From Lama guanicoe (taxonomy: Eukaryota): 61,915 nt of DNA. Positions 39,870 through 53,668 of the stretch are shown here, piece after piece. How positions within the stretch are numbered: the first letter of the stretch is position 1; the number at the start of each line of letters is the position of its first letter. The notes below the pieces were generated by a model, which saw nothing but the letters and a program-made list of their open reading frames with translations, ran no database searches and was not told the origin of the DNA. The position numbers and the translations under genes are program-made. The stretch is taken from assembly GCA_013239625.1 (NCBI GenBank), contig MU054187.1, forward strand, positions 23,932,795 through 23,994,709, in the 5' to 3' direction.

Positions 39870-40990
39870 TTGTCAGATGGCATTATTATAACTGAATTAC
39901 TGATAAGCTATATTAACATTCTTTAAGGTCAGGTCCTTCTGGATAATGTAGCCAATGGCATGGCCAGTGAACCCCACAGGAATTGGCCTGTTGTTTTATT
40001 TTATTATTTTTTTTAACTGTAAACTGAATTCTTGTTCAGAAGCAATGTGGTGCACCGTATCTTGACAATGTTTGAAGCAACTGGTTATTCCGTAAATGAT
40101 GGTACTGGCACAAGCACAGCGGGCAAGGAAAATAAATCACATTAAGAAAAGTTATTATTTTATTATAGGCAAATCACTGTATTTTTGTGATAAAAGTGGA
40201 ACAGAAAAGTCAACTTTTAAAAATAGTTTGTCTGTTTTTTTCCTCTGTCTTTTCTCTAGAGACTGGAAAACAAGATGTGGCATCTGAAATTTTGCCAACA
40301 CAGGAGGACTTCGTTCTCTATTCTTTTAGAAACTCCCCCAGTGGGGTAGCAGTCTAACTCCGATCGGTGCCATCATTTCATGACAATTTATCAAAAAACC
40401 AGGCTTGAATGGTTTTGGTTTTGCTTTTGTTTTTGCTTTTCCTTCAGGAAAACTAGTCACAGGGAAACTCCATGAGGTGAGAGAGTGTAAGAGACACTCA
40501 ACTATGTGGTATGAGTGGTCTCACATGGAGGGGACACAATCTGTTTGCAAAACTGGCTTGTACAACAGAATGTGCTCAGACACAAGACCACATACTTATT
40601 TTCACCTGATGATAGACTGTTGCTGGGTGTATCTGGATTTGTGAGCAGTGTGTTAGATATTACCCAATCATAACGTGCAATTCAGTCTGCAAGAGCATTT
40701 AGTATGCTGGTCAGGGCAGAAGAAAAAAACCAAATTCTCTTTCTATTAAAGCAGAGGCATTAGTTGCCAAGCAGGATACAGTTTGGTTGCTCCTACTGTG
40801 AGTATTTTATTAGAGTTTGCCTCAGGCTCAATATAGTCTTTTGATTTGACAGGGATATAATATTCAGACCTTGAAAGCTGATACTGCCTAGATCCAAGAG
40901 AGGAAAGATCTAATACAGCCTGGTTATACGAAGGTAAAAAAGGTTGCACTCACAAAGTATATTAGATGTCCACTATGCTGTGTAATATGT
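39870..40990 (-). mobile_element. ERVL internal pol relic (integrase at left)
   Basis: Minus-strand translation ARCACASTIIYGITSCFKH..HHIASEQ..GVHWPCHWLHYPE resembles ERVL integrase ARRASASTTIRGLTECLIH..HNIASDQ..GIHWSYHVPHHPE. Confidence 0.75.
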
Positions 40991-42744
40991 TTAATATTTT
41001 ACATGAAAAGTAAGCAAAATTGCTAGAACTGAGTTATTTGAACATTTTCCCATCATTTTTTGTTGCTATTTCATAGGCAAGACTGAGATTTTTTTCAAGT
41101 AGAAAATCCTCTTAAAATAGCAAGGTGCGGGTAAGCTGAAATTTTTAAGAATTTAAAGCTTTCCTATTAAAAAAAAAGATTTATATGGCTTCAGGGGCTG
41201 AAAAAATTAAGTTACTCAGAAATACATAAAACTCATTTAATCCCTCACAGTAGCAAAACAACCAAAATTGTATAGCATATAATAATTTTTAATCCACTTA
41301 AACCAAATAAATCAAAATTACACACATAAACATATATTTTTTTTCTTTTCCTATTTTATTTTAAAGAAAGACCTTTGGTGATATTCATTGGGATCAGTTA
41401 GACTATTCTTTGGAAAAGATTCTTCAAAGAAATTATCTTTTCTGCATGTGTAAAGTGTAAATTATGAGTCTACTACTATGCACATATTAAAAAAAAGACA
41501 TTGGAGATTGAACTGAAAGGACCCAAAACCCTCTAAAATATTAACAAAAATAAACTTTATTTTCTGGATATACAGTATTTATAACCACTGTGAAACAATT
41601 GTAGATAATGGTCATTTTTCCCCTTACGGATATCACTTAATATTTCTTATGTTTTCTTGTTTGTCTGACAATTAGCTTGTAGGTAAAATAATATAATGCA
41701 TTCACATTTATTTTGACATCATTCTGCATATATTTGAATCTGTAGTGTGAGCCAAGTTTTGTAAGGATTAACACTTAATAAGCAAGAAATTTTGTCTCAA
41801 CAAACGAAACATTTACCCAAGATAGCCAATTGCATGTTGTTTTCAATTCTGTGCAAATAAGAAAGTCAATGTCACAGCCTTTCAGAAAGTTAACTCTAAA
41901 TATTATTGAATTAGAAATATCTCTATTACACCAGGAATACTATATCATAGTTCCATTGTTGTGTACATTCTCAATTGATTTATTTTTCTTTAACACATAA
42001 GACTTGGGGCTTAGGCTTTGAATATTGTGTGCAATTTCAGACCAAATTAACTTTATATGAAAGATGAATTCCTATGAAGTAGCTTTATAATGAATGCTTT
42101 AAATTACTGTGAGCCCTGCAAATGAGAAGCCCACTTTCTTTACTGTCTCTTGAGAACTCATTAAGACAGCAAACATGTCTTTGAGAACAAGCCAAATCAT
42201 ATGCAGAACACACTAGCCCTTGTAGCAAAAAGATCCACAGCAGGGGAAAATGCTACAACTTCTGAGCTAGAAAGTGGTACTAGAGATACATTGAAGCACA
42301 GTGGTTCTTTCCACCAGGACTGCCAATTCCTAGTGCTGGGTTTGATTCTAAGTTAATTGATCCCCTACATTGATCTTTAATAGTGCATACCTCATTATAC
42401 TCCTACACACAGAATGCTAGGATAGGAAGAGATTTATTACATTGTATTGAACCAAAAAGATAATACAATTGAATTCTTCTCCAAATCTATATGTTGTGAA
42501 TAGGGAGAAACAAATGCTGTCAAGGCATTGGTTCACGTTTATTTTCCTGAAACCTCAAAAAAGAATATGTTATTATTCTACATGTTTCAGGCACATTTAA
42601 GCTTTACAAACTTTATCAAGAACTCAAAGTGGGTTAGATAGAACTATCTTGTAAAATCTTATGATATTCAAATTCATATATAATTTACTGATGTACTCAT
42701 TATGTAATCAATTTATCAAGCAGTCAATAAGCAAGCTAATTTAG

Positions 42745-42845
42745 AATGGTGTGAAGAAATGGAAAAAAGTCTGGGATTGTATTCAGAACCTGGACCCTGA
42801 GTATTGATTTGTAAATTAATATCACCAAAGTTTTCTCTGGATAGC

Positions 42846-42884
<39 letters not shown>

Positions 42885-42985
42885 GTAATAATGTCCTTAC
42901 AGCGTATTACACAGGGTACACAAAATAAGATATTTGAAAGCCCTCTCTTGATTAAAAGCACAGCGAATCTTAGTTGCTCTTACTT
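42745..42985 (+). mobile_element. MIR SINE with an expanded (AAT)12 (42848-42883)
   Basis: ttcagaacctggaccctga...(aat)n...aaataagatatttgaaagccct. Confidence 0.6.
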
Positions 42986-43604
42986 ATATAATATCACACA
43001 ATGTGCTATGCACAAATGATATATAAGTGAGATAACTCATGTTAAAGTCTTAAGAACTTACACATTCTTCACGAAGTATGTTATAGACCCATTCACTCAT
43101 TTAATAATCCATATAGTAATTCACATATATATTAACAATTTTACACATCTGATAAGTAGAAAGGCTAATAAGTGAAATAGTAAGCAGTTATATATGACTT
43201 CAAAGATATTATACTTTGCTGTGTATTATAGTGGACTACAGAAAAGAATTTTCTAGTTAGGTTTAGAGTTGGAAGTAGGTAATTCATTGCTTTGACTAAA
43301 GATTAATTCTCCTAGATCTGGGAAAGTAATATTTTTCATAGGTGTGCCCTTTACAGAGGGAATACAAATAGAAAAATTACAAAAAGGCAACGTCTGTGTA
43401 ACTACAATAATGAGCTGAAACTCTGATAAATGGGAGACAGATGTCAGAGATACATTACTCTTATCTAGGCAGTTCAGAGCTGAGTGTAGCCAGGATGAGT
43501 AAACATAATTTTTTTTATTGCAAGTATAGGTTTGTGAGATTGTGTCAGCTTCAATGGCAGAGAAAATATACTTCTCAATAAATTAATGAGAACACAACCA
43601 AATG

Positions 43605-45556
43605 TTCAGGATTAGAGTAAGAATAAATGAAGTAGACACAGAAAAACAATAGAGGAAATCAATGAAAACAAAAGCTTGTTCTATGAAACAACAAATAAAA
43701 TTGTCAAAACTTTACCTTGACTGACTGAAAACAGGCAATGTCTACAAACAATTTAATAACTTAGGTAAAATTTAAAAATTCTTGGAAAGATACGAACTAC
43801 TGAAACTGACACAAGAATAAATAGAAAATCAGAAATACCTAACAAATAAAGGTATTAAATTAATAGTAAAAAAAAAAAATTCCCACAAATAAAATCTCAG
43901 GCCAAGTTGTTCTCATTGGTGAATTTGACCAAACGTTTAAAGAAGAATTAACAGGGCTTCACAAAGCTCTTCTACTAAAAATATAAGAGGGAAAGAACAT
44001 TTCTCAACTCATTTTATGAAGTAATATTACACTGATGTGAAAGCTAGACTAAGGCATCGCAAATCACAAGAAAACTGAACTACAGACCAAGATCCCTTTC
44101 AAATATAGATAAAAAAGTACTCAACAAAATACTAGCAAACTCAATTCAGCAGCATATAAAGAGGATTATACATCACAAGCAAGTAGAGTTATCATAGAAA
44201 AGCAAAGTTGATTTAAAATTGAAAAATCATTCAATGTAGCACACTGTATCAACAAACTAAAAGGCAAAAAACCACATGATAATATCAATAGGCAAAAAAA
44301 AATTGGAAAAAGCCAGCATCCTTTAATGACAAAAATATTCAACAAACTAGGAAAAGGAATAAACATCAATCTGGTAATGGCATCATGAAAAAATCCATAG
44401 CTATTATCATACTTAATGGTGTGACACTGAATGCTTTCTCTCTAAGATCAAGAATAAGACAAGTATATCCACTCTTGACATTTCTGTTCATATTGTACTA
44501 GAGGTTCTAGCCAAGGTAGTTAGGTGAAAATGAATAAAGGAATGAAAAGTAAAAAAAAAACTACCTTTATTTACTGTTAGCATTATCTTGTATACAAAAA
44601 GTCCCAAAGAATTCCCTAAAAAAATTCTTAGAACTAATAAATGAGTTCAACAACTATGCAGGTACACAACTGATAGACAAAAATTAATTGTATTTCTATA
44701 CACTTAAATTGAATAATCAGAAAAAATGAAATAAAAAACTCAATTTATAATAGCATCAAAAAGAATAAAACTCAAGAATTTATTTTTTAAAAAATTGCAA
44801 GACATATATTGAAGACTACAACACATTGTTAAAAGAATAAAGGAGAAGGTCCAAACAAATGGAAAGTACCTATGTTCACTAAATGAAAGACTTAATATTA
44901 AGGATCTAATACTTAGTTTGATCTACAAATTCATTGCAATTCCTACCAAAATCCCTGATGTCTTTCTTGGGCAGAAATTGTTAAGCTGATCCTTAAATTT
45001 ATGTAGAAATTTAAGGAATCCAGAACAGTCAAATTCATCTTGAAAAAAGAACAAAGTTGGAAGACTCACACTTCCTGATTTCAAAACTTATTACAAAGCT
45101 ATAGTGATCAAGACAGTTTGGTAATATGATAAAGACAGATATAAATTAATGACATAGAATTGAAAGTACAGAAAGAAACCCTTCTATTTATGATCAATTG
45201 ACTTTATACAAGGATGCCAGCACAATTCAATGAAGAAAACATAGTCTTTTAAAAGTGGTGTTGCAATAACTGGATAGCCACATGCAAAAGAATGAAGTAG
45301 GACCCCATGTTATACACAAAAATTAACTCAAGTTTATGAAAGATATAAATGTAAGAGATAAAGCTATAAAACTGAAGGAAGAAAACACAAGTATAAATCT
45401 TTATGACCTTGGATTAAGCAACAATTTCTTAGATATGTAAATTAACACACAATGAAGAAAGCATAAACATTTGGATTTGACCAAAATGAAAAGGTTTTGT
45501 GCATCAAAAGACAATATCCAAAAGTAAACACACAACTCAAAGAATGGGGGCATATT
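43605..45556 (+). mobile_element. L1 ORF2 relic (RT region to C-terminal region)
   Basis: gaggaaatcaatgaaa, ctcaacaaaatactagcaaac, aacaaagttggaagactcacacttcctgatttcaa; many frameshifts. Confidence 0.93.
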
Positions 45557-46822
45557 TTCTTTGGAAAAACATCTATGTCCTCTTATGATTTTTCAGTTGG
45601 GTTATTTGTTTTGTGCTATTGAGTTTTATGAGTTTCGTATATACTTTGGCTATTAGCACCTCATCAGATATGTGACTTACAAATATTTTTTCCCATTCTG
45701 TACATTGCCTTTTCATTTTAATAATTATTTCTTTTGCTGCACAGAAGCTTTTTGATTTGATGTGATAACACTTGATAATTTTTGCTTTTGTTCCTTGTGC
45801 CTATGGTGTCATATCCATAAAACCACTGCCAAGACCAGTGTCAAGGAGATTTTTGACTATGTTTTCTTCTGGGAGTTTTACAGTCTCAGATCTTAATCCA
45901 TTACAACTTTAATCCATTTAGAGTTAATTTTTGTGAGTGGTATAAGATATGGATCTAGTTTCATTCTTTCACATGTAGCAATACTGTTTTTCCAACACTT
46001 TTTATTGAAGACACTATCTTTTTCCTATTGAATATTCTTGGCTCCCTCATAAAATATCAGTTGACTGTATATGCATGGATTTATTTCTGGTCTCTCAGTT
46101 CTGTTCCATTGATCTATTTGTCTGTTTCATGCCAATACTGTCACATTGATTACTATACCTTTGTAATATAGTTTGTAATCAGCAAGTGTGATGTCTCCAG
46201 CTTTGGTTTTCTTTTGCTTTGGCTATTTGGGGTCTTTTGTGATTCCATATAAATTTTACAATCCTTTTTTAAATTTCTGTAAAAAATGTCATTGTGTTTT
46301 TGAAATGAATTGCATTGAAGCTGTAGATGGTTTTGAGTAGTTTGGACATTTGAACACTATTAATTTTTTCAATCTATGAATATAAGATATCTTCCACTTG
46401 TTTGTGTCTTCTTCAATTTCTTTCATCAATTTCTTACTGCTTTCAGTGTACAGATATTTCACCTCCTTGGTTAAGTTATTCCTAAGTGTTTTATTGTTTG
46501 TGATGCTACTGAACATGGAATTGTTTTTTTATTTCTTTTTAAGATAATTTATTGTTAGTGTATAGAAATACAACTGATTTTTGTATGTCAAGTGTTTATC
46601 TTGTAACTTGAATGGGTTTATTAGTTATAACAGTTTCATGGTGGAACCTTTAGTAAATTCTGTATGTAAGATGATGACATCTGCAAACAGAGACAGTTTT
46701 ACTTCTTCCTTTCTAACTTGGATGCCTTTATTTATTTATTTTTTCCTTGCTTGATCACACAGGCTAGGAATCCCAGTGCTATGTTTAATAGGGGCAGTGA
46801 AAGTGGGCATGCTTGTCTCCTT
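45557..46822 (-). mobile_element. L1 ORF2 relic from a different subfamily
   Basis: ORF 46289-46516 reads NLTKEVKYLYTESSKKLMKEIEEDTNKWK, similar to L1 ORF2. Confidence 0.93.
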
Positions 46823-46879
46823 TAGGGCCATATATATGTTTGTGTATATCTGTAATATAAGATATGTATTATATAACAT

Positions 46880-47304
46880 ACAGTAAAGATATATATTATA
46901 AGAAATTGAATCAAGTAATTATGGAGGTTAGGATCTGCAGTTGGTAAGTTGGAGACCCAGGAGAGCTGATGTTGTAGATCTAATTAAAATGCTGGCAAGC
47001 ATAAGAGCTTGGAAGAGCTGAAGTTTCCATATGAGCCCAAACGGAAGAAAGAAAATAATTATGTCACAGTTTGAAAGCAGTCAGACAGGAGAGGTTCCCT
47101 CTTAACTCAGCCTTTTGTTCTACTCAGGCGTTTAAGTGATTGGATGAGTCCCACTTACATTCAGGAAAACAATCTGTTCTAGACAGTTTACCATTTCAAA
47201 TGTTAATTCCACCCAGAAACACTCTCACAGGCACACTCAGAACACCACACACATAGCTGGGTACTCATGCCCAGTCAGGCTCTCATGTAAAATTAATCAT
47301 CACA
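46880..47304 (-). mobile_element. ERVL LTR (MLT2B-like)
   Basis: ggagacccaggagagctgatg...gattggatgagtcccac...aaaattaatcatcaca. Confidence 0.88.
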
Positions 47305-47319
47305 CAGAAGAATTTGTCT

Positions 47320-47482
47320 TCCTCCTACACCCAATCTCTTCTAGTGTTCTCCATTGGCAGAACCTAACAACAATCTAGCAGGCAAAGAAAAAATGTATTT
47401 TATTGAGTCCCTGACTGAGTACCATAGAGAAAAGTATACAAAAGAGGGTCTGAAGTTCAAAAATAAAAATGAGTAATGTACC
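47320..47482 (-). mobile_element. Old MaLR LTR fragment (MLT1N-like)
   Basis: ctccattggcagaacctaaca...gcaggcaaagaaaaaatgt. Confidence 0.65.
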
Positions 47483-48526
47483 TATTACTCACTTCATTAA
47501 GTTGTAGTCATATTAAAATTATGCATACCTTCAGTTAAAGACTTTGTAGCTTCTGCATTTTCTGACAATAGATCTCAATTGTTTTCATAAACCAAACTCA
47601 AATTAAAAAACAGGTGAAGTTAATCATTTATGGTTTTGCAGTTGAGGCAGTTTTCCCAGTTGTTGGAAAAAAAATGGAATTAAATTTAACATAAAAGACT
47701 TGTTAGTGGAACAATAGTGGTACAAATACTATTAGTTTTATGAGAACTAGCACTAAAGCATAAAACTTGAGCATTAAGTTATCATATTTCAAAGACACAT
47801 CCTTTAGCAAAGAAACACAAATAACAGGAGAATGTTTTTCCTTTCTTTACTCCAGACACACACAGAGAACTTCCCTAGAACATTAGAAGTGATCAAGTTT
47901 TGACAGTAAAGCTTCTCAGTGTTTTTAAGAGGCCTGAGAAAGACAGTAAAGGATACAGATGACTATTCTAGAGACACTAATAAAGATAACCTCAAATCCA
48001 AAAATTTCAAATTTATTTTTTCAATTTAGGGAATCATATTGGCAATCTACTAAGAGAATCCCTATATTTATCGGTAAATTGACTTTCAGTCCACAAAATT
48101 GAACTCTAGTTCCCCACAAAAATAAGTAGGTTCAAAAGAAAAAGCAGAAAATCCATTTTTTCAAGGCTATGGTGAACCAGGTTTGCTTATATACTTTTGG
48201 CCAAAGAGAGTCATAGACCAAGCCCAGAGTCTATGTGGGATGGCACTACTGAAAGTCATGGAAATAAGTGGGTAGGAAAATTAGGGCCATGAATTCAATT
48301 AGTTAATCACATTCCCCTCTATGAATGTTCACATGGTTATTTCTCTTCCCTTTCTATGGCTCTTAATAAGTACTTTGTTAACAAGCAGAGTATAGGCTAT
48401 TCAAATTCTGAAATAATTCTCAAATCCATTTCTCCTCTCTAATCCTCACTACTGTCCCTTTATTCATTAGACTTAAAATTTTAAAACAGACTTTGATTTT
48501 CCCTAGCTCTATTATAAGTTTCCTAT

Positions 48527-49040
48527 TGTGGCAGATAGATTTTTAAATGGCTCCTAATGATCCTTGCCTCCTAGGATTCACAACTTTTGTGTAGTCACCT
48601 CCCATATTTACCAGAGCTGGACTGTGTCACCAACAGCATATAACAAAAATGATGGTATGTTACTTCTGAGATTAGTTTATACTCAGCTGAAGCTTCTGTC
48701 TTTAGTGTTGTCTTTCACACACTCTCACTCATTTTGAAGGAAGCAAGCTTCCATGTTGGCTGAATATCTCTAGGGAATGGTTCATGTGATGAAGAATTGA
48801 GTGTCCTTGTCATGTTATCAAGCTATTCGTGTTATTGAGTAGATTTTCCAATCCCTTCAGATGACTAAATTCCTGGACAAAAAAAATAAAAACTAATGAG
48901 AGGCTCTGAGCCAGTCATCCAGCAAAACCACTCCCAGTTTCCTGACCCACAGAAAATCTATTAAAAGTGTTTTTTAAAAATTATTTTAAACTGCAAAGCA
49001 TAAGGCAATTTATTATACAGCAATAAAAGACATGCATATA
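48527..49040 (+). mobile_element. MaLR 5' LTR (MLT1E/F-like)
   Basis: tgtggcagatag...aatggctcctaatgatcc...ttcctgacccacagaaa...tatacagcaata. Confidence 0.88.
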
Positions 49041-50490
49041 GATTTGATGACTAGAAGTGAGATGTCTTCCTAATAAATACCTAAAATGTGGAGATGGCTT
49101 TGGAATCAGATAGGGAACTCCTGAGAATAGTGCTGGTGAGAGCCTGAAATGACTTGGAGAAGTTTCAGAACCTCAAATAAGGCTGTGGGTGATGTTTAAC
49201 ACAATCTTTTATAAGTGCTTATAGGAAAGCAAGTCAAAAATTATTGAAAACTGAAAGAAGAGAGAGCCTTCTTATGTAGTGGCAGAAAGTTTAGTAACCT
49301 TCTTATTTACAATTCTGTGGAAAGTTGAAAATATACTTAATTAACTGGGCAATATAGCTAAGGAGATTTTTAACCAGTTTTAAAGTGACATCTGGTTTCT
49401 TCGTGGTGTTAATAGAGGAGAGAGAGAAACTAAAAGAAAGACTGTAAAATAAAAGCAAGTCAGGACTTGATGGTTTTGGAAATGTTAATCCTTTGCAAAT
49501 GTCAAATGGTGTAAAAATTAAGAAATGACTTCTAAGCAAATGTTCAGTCCAGGATCTGCTGGAAAAAAATATGGTCCAAAGATGATGTCAAGGGTATAAC
49601 TGTAACATCTTTTATTAAGATCTTGGAAAGACAATATCCAGTCCGATTATTATTCAGTTAGATGAAAGAGGGTGCCTCAGGGAGCCTGTCAATCAAAAAA
49701 AATTGGAGTTTTAAGAAGCTTAAGGGCATTGCTCTGTAGCCATCTTAGAAGGAGCTCAAGGGAGGGAGGTACGGGCTTATCTTGCAGTGTTTTGTGGCTC
49801 TGGAATCTGCCTAGTGTATTAAATCTGAATGAGGTTCATAGAAGATCCACAAAGGTTTTAAGAGTTATATATGCAGAACAGCACCCGGTTGGACTGAATA
49901 GGATAAGATAGTAAAAGAAAAAGCAAAGAGGACTTTGGCCCTCACATTTTTAATGGCAAGAAGCTGACTGGTAAAGAAGCTACTTAGTTCTACAGATGTG
50001 TTATTTTTTTTAATGAAAAAAAGGATAACTCAAAGGGTTGAACCAAGAGCCCAGGGAGTGAAGCTTAAAGCAATAGATAATTTTTCCCAGAACTTGAGTC
50101 CTAACCAATAAAATTTCCAGCTGGATTTTAGAACTATTGTGGATTGGTTGCTTCTTTGTGCCTTCAAATGTGTCTACTTTTTGAACAGGCATGTCTAGAG
50201 TGATTACCCTATGCTAGTCCTGCCATTAGTAATGGGTAGAGGAAGACAGAGAACTTATATTCTTATTTTCACAGGCCAAGAGGAAGTGTACTAAATGAGC
50301 TATCCTTAAGGAGCTATGCCCCAAGGGCCTTCTCTGCACCTAGATCTGACTCAGATAAGATTTTGGACTGAGAGCTGATGCTCTAATGGAATGAGACTTT
50401 TGGAGGTCTTAAGAAAGACTAAGTATATTTTGAATGTAGAAAGAACACAAATCATCAGAAGACAGAGGGAAAACTGTGGTAGTTGACTGG
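49041..50490 (+). mobile_element. MaLR internal region plus first bases of the 3' LTR
   Basis: aaatacctaaaatgtggagatggctttggaa; ends in purine tract gacagagggaaaac then tgtggtag at 50475. Confidence 0.85.
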
Positions 50491-50519
50491 GATAATCTGT
50501 TACGTATTAATATGAATTT

Positions 50520-51015
50520 TATATGCTACTCAATTCTATTATTTAGCTTCTGCCAAGTGACTTTTCTTTAACACATATTGGATCCTAACACTACCTAAAG
50601 ATACCTACTACAGAAGGAAAAATTCAAATTCTATATAGCTGTTGCACAAATAAGGATTTTCTCAATGTGACCTCAATTTATCCTTCTGGCTGCATCCTTT
50701 AATATTTATACATCCTGAGAGCCATTCAGGAATTCTTATCATTGCTGGAATAAGCTCAGGGCTCTGTGTTGATATGAGATGTTTCCTTTATCTGGAGCAT
50801 CTTTCTCTACTACTTATCTGTTTTCACTGAGAAGCATTTATATGAGCCTTCACATGCCAACTACACAATCACCTCTCTGTGAAGTCTCCCCCAACTCACC
50901 TTACCTTTACGCCTCAAGGGTTTCTCTGGATCCTCTACAGCTGCAAAGATAGATAGTACTCATCATAGACGTGTTGATTTTCACCCATTTATATCTAGAA
51001 CAGGACTGTCAGAGA
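50520..51015 (+). mobile_element. L2 remnant (host of the MaLR; left part about 48380-48525)
   Basis: tgtttcctttatctggagcatcttt...cacctctctgtgaagtctcccc. Confidence 0.6.
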
Positions 51016-52321
51016 GCAGAGTAAAAATCTCATATTCAATTTGAAAACAAAGGAATATACAGCTAACACATTCTGGGTTTAAGAAAACAAATCAGAATTA
51101 TTGTTCTTCATCAGTAATGCTTGTCATAAAGACAAACCTGATGTACTTGGAATCTATAAAGATTAAAACTAATTCCTAAAGGAAAAAGTGGAATTATTTG
51201 TTGTCCTTCATCTAAGCCTGCTGACAATCCTAAAATCCAGAGTAAAATTGTTTGTTTAGTACAAGAAAAAGTATCTTAGTTTATTTTTTTTCTTTTCCTT
51301 TTCAAACAGTGAGAATACAGAGATAAAAATCATTTATCTCTTGGGTCCAAAACTCAATAACTTAAGTAAAGAAAAACGAAAAATAACATACAAACTTGGA
51401 ATTCAGAAAACATGAGTGTCATTTCCTTCTCTGAAAAGAAGAGTATAACATGTTTTCTAAGCTTGTTAAAATTTTGGTACAATAATCATAATAGGAATGT
51501 AAAGTAGAATTTTTAAAGTAAGGTAGAATTTTTCTTAATTGAATATGGTACCAACTTCAATCTAGACAAAATCAGAATAAAATTCATGGTCACTGTGCCA
51601 AATAAAAATTAAAAAATTATAGTAGTAACTTTAGCATATATATGTATGAATATATATGAATAATATTGTCTGTAGAAAAAATTATTTACCATGATACTTT
51701 AAAACACACACTTCTACCCTGAGTTAATGAATTTATTTGAATTCTATTTTTAAAAACATAATATTACAAAATATTTCATGATTTCTAAAATGGAGTATTT
51801 TCCCTAAACATAGCTGTTATTTCTAGAGGACTAAAACTATCTTGGAGAAAAATAATAGATTACAAATGATTTTTTCCAAGACCTTTTATTTCAGGTTCAC
51901 CAACTCCTATCTAAATTGGAAACTGGCTACATTCAGTTGGATCTTTTTCCTGGACTAAGCTTGATCTAGGATAATTTATTTTTCAAATGAAAAATATACA
52001 ACAAGAGTGGCAAAAATATGAACAAAGGCTATGATTAATGATCTCATGAGTAGTGGATCCATCTGGACATAGCCCTTGGACTTGCTCTGTAAAGAAAAGA
52101 AAGAGAGAACAAGATGGCAGCTTGAGCTTAGATTGAAGGACTTCAGAGAGCAGAGGAAAGAAAAGCAGCAGTAGCTATTCAAACTTTGTGAATAACTAAG
52201 AAATAAAGAGAGGTCAACAGAGAGGGCTGCCATGGGCTGTCTTGAGATTAAAGGCAAAGATCCGTGACTCCAGAGCCCTGAGCCATGGTGAGTTTCTTGA
52301 TTTTGTCAAAACTGTATTCCC

Positions 52322-52605
52322 ACTGATTTGATCGATACACATTCATTGCGCCTCTGCTCTGCCCCTGAATCTTTTTCCAGGTGCTGAGAATACAGTGGCA
52401 AACAAAACAAAATCCCTATTCTTATGAAGCACACATTCTAGTAAGGGAACACCAGCTCTGTGTGTGTGTGTGTGTGTGTGAAACAAAGGAAATAAAAGCA
52501 AATGCAAAGAGGATGGAAAGTAGAACTATGTCAGACTGGGCTCTCCCCAAAGCCTATCCGATTAAATGAAACCCAGCAGAGATCTGAATAAGATGAGTAT
52601 TCAGG
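52322..52605 (-). mobile_element. L2 3' end with (TG)11 at 52459-52480
   Basis: ccaggtgctgagaatacagtggcaaacaaaaca...cttatgaagcacacattctagt. Confidence 0.8.
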
Positions 52606-52884
52606 GGAGTGCCCACACATAATGGCTGAATACTATGGATGAATGAATGTGTGAATTATTATGACTGCTGTTGAAGGCAAAGTTGCAAAGAGCAGTAGTT
52701 GCGGGTATGACTTCAATTAAAAAAAAAAAGTATGTTATAGGCTTGTGTTTGTTATTGGGAGAGTCAATAGTTCACGTTCATCAAATTTTGGTTTATAAAA
52801 CTTCTAGGTGAGGCATTACGCAGTTTTTGGTTGTAGTGAGGCAAAATAATATAGGGCTGTGGAGGAATTTATGGGCTCTATTAT

Positions 52885-53135
52885 AGTAATTGTTGAGAAA
52901 ACTTTATACGTATTGAGTACCTACTATGTACTGTGTGTGCCAGGTGCCTTACATAAATTTCCTCATTTAATCTTACTGCAACCTTAAAAGAAATAGGTAT
53001 TTACTTATTTTTTTTTCCATTTTGCAGGAGCTGGAGGTCTGGACTGATTGTGCGACTTGGGAATATTCATTTGGCTTACAAGTGATGGAGCCAAGACTGA
53101 AATGCAGATACGTCCAACTATAACGCAGCCTTCTT
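52885..53135 (-). mobile_element. MIR SINE
   Basis: tattgagtacctactatgt...cctcatttaatctt...ccattttgcagg...ggagccaagactgaaatgcag. Confidence 0.85.
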
Positions 53136-53295
53136 AAGAAAAGAATCTCTATAGATTTCTTCTGAGTAAAACTCTTTTTTAAAATATATTTTAAGATCAC
53201 CACTCTTACCTTTCAAGATTTTTCCCTACCAGTATTAACATTCAAAATTCAATGAATAGGTTTGTGTTTCATTATAACTGTCTTTTCTAATAGTA

Positions 53296-53668
53296 TAGCT
53301 GAGCCTTGAACAACACAAGGGTTGGGGCACCAACTCTGCACAAAAGTCTGTATATAATTGATAGTCAGCCCCTCTTTATCCACAGTTGTTCCACATCTGT
53401 GGGTTCAAACAGCCATGGATCATGGAGTATTGTAGTACTTACCAATGAGAAAATGCTGTGCATAAATGGACCCACACAGTTTAGACCTGTGGTTGTGGGT
53501 GCGGGAGGATATAGCTCAGCTATAGAGTGCGTGCTTAGCACGTACGAGGTCCTGGGTCAATCCTCAGTACCTCCATTAAAATAAATAAACAAATCTAATT
53601 ACTTCCACTCCCCCCAAAAAAAGTTGTTAAAACTTTTTTTAAAAAAACCTATCTTCAAGGGTTAACTG
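53296..53668 (-). mobile_element. Tigger2/MER8-like MITE interrupted by a SINE
   Basis: TIRs tagctgagccttgaacaacac / ttcaagggttaactg with TA flanks; related to 2704-2876 but in the opposite orientation. Confidence 0.85.
53497..53645 (+). mobile_element. tRNA-derived SINE (camelid-type)
   Basis: gggaggatatagctcagctatagagtgcgtgcttagcacgtacgaggtcctgggtcaatcctcagtacctcc; same family as 27936. Confidence 0.92.

Noticed and set aside
42716..43019. Poly-isoleucine ORFs
   Set aside because: These are translations of the (AAT)12 microsatellite.
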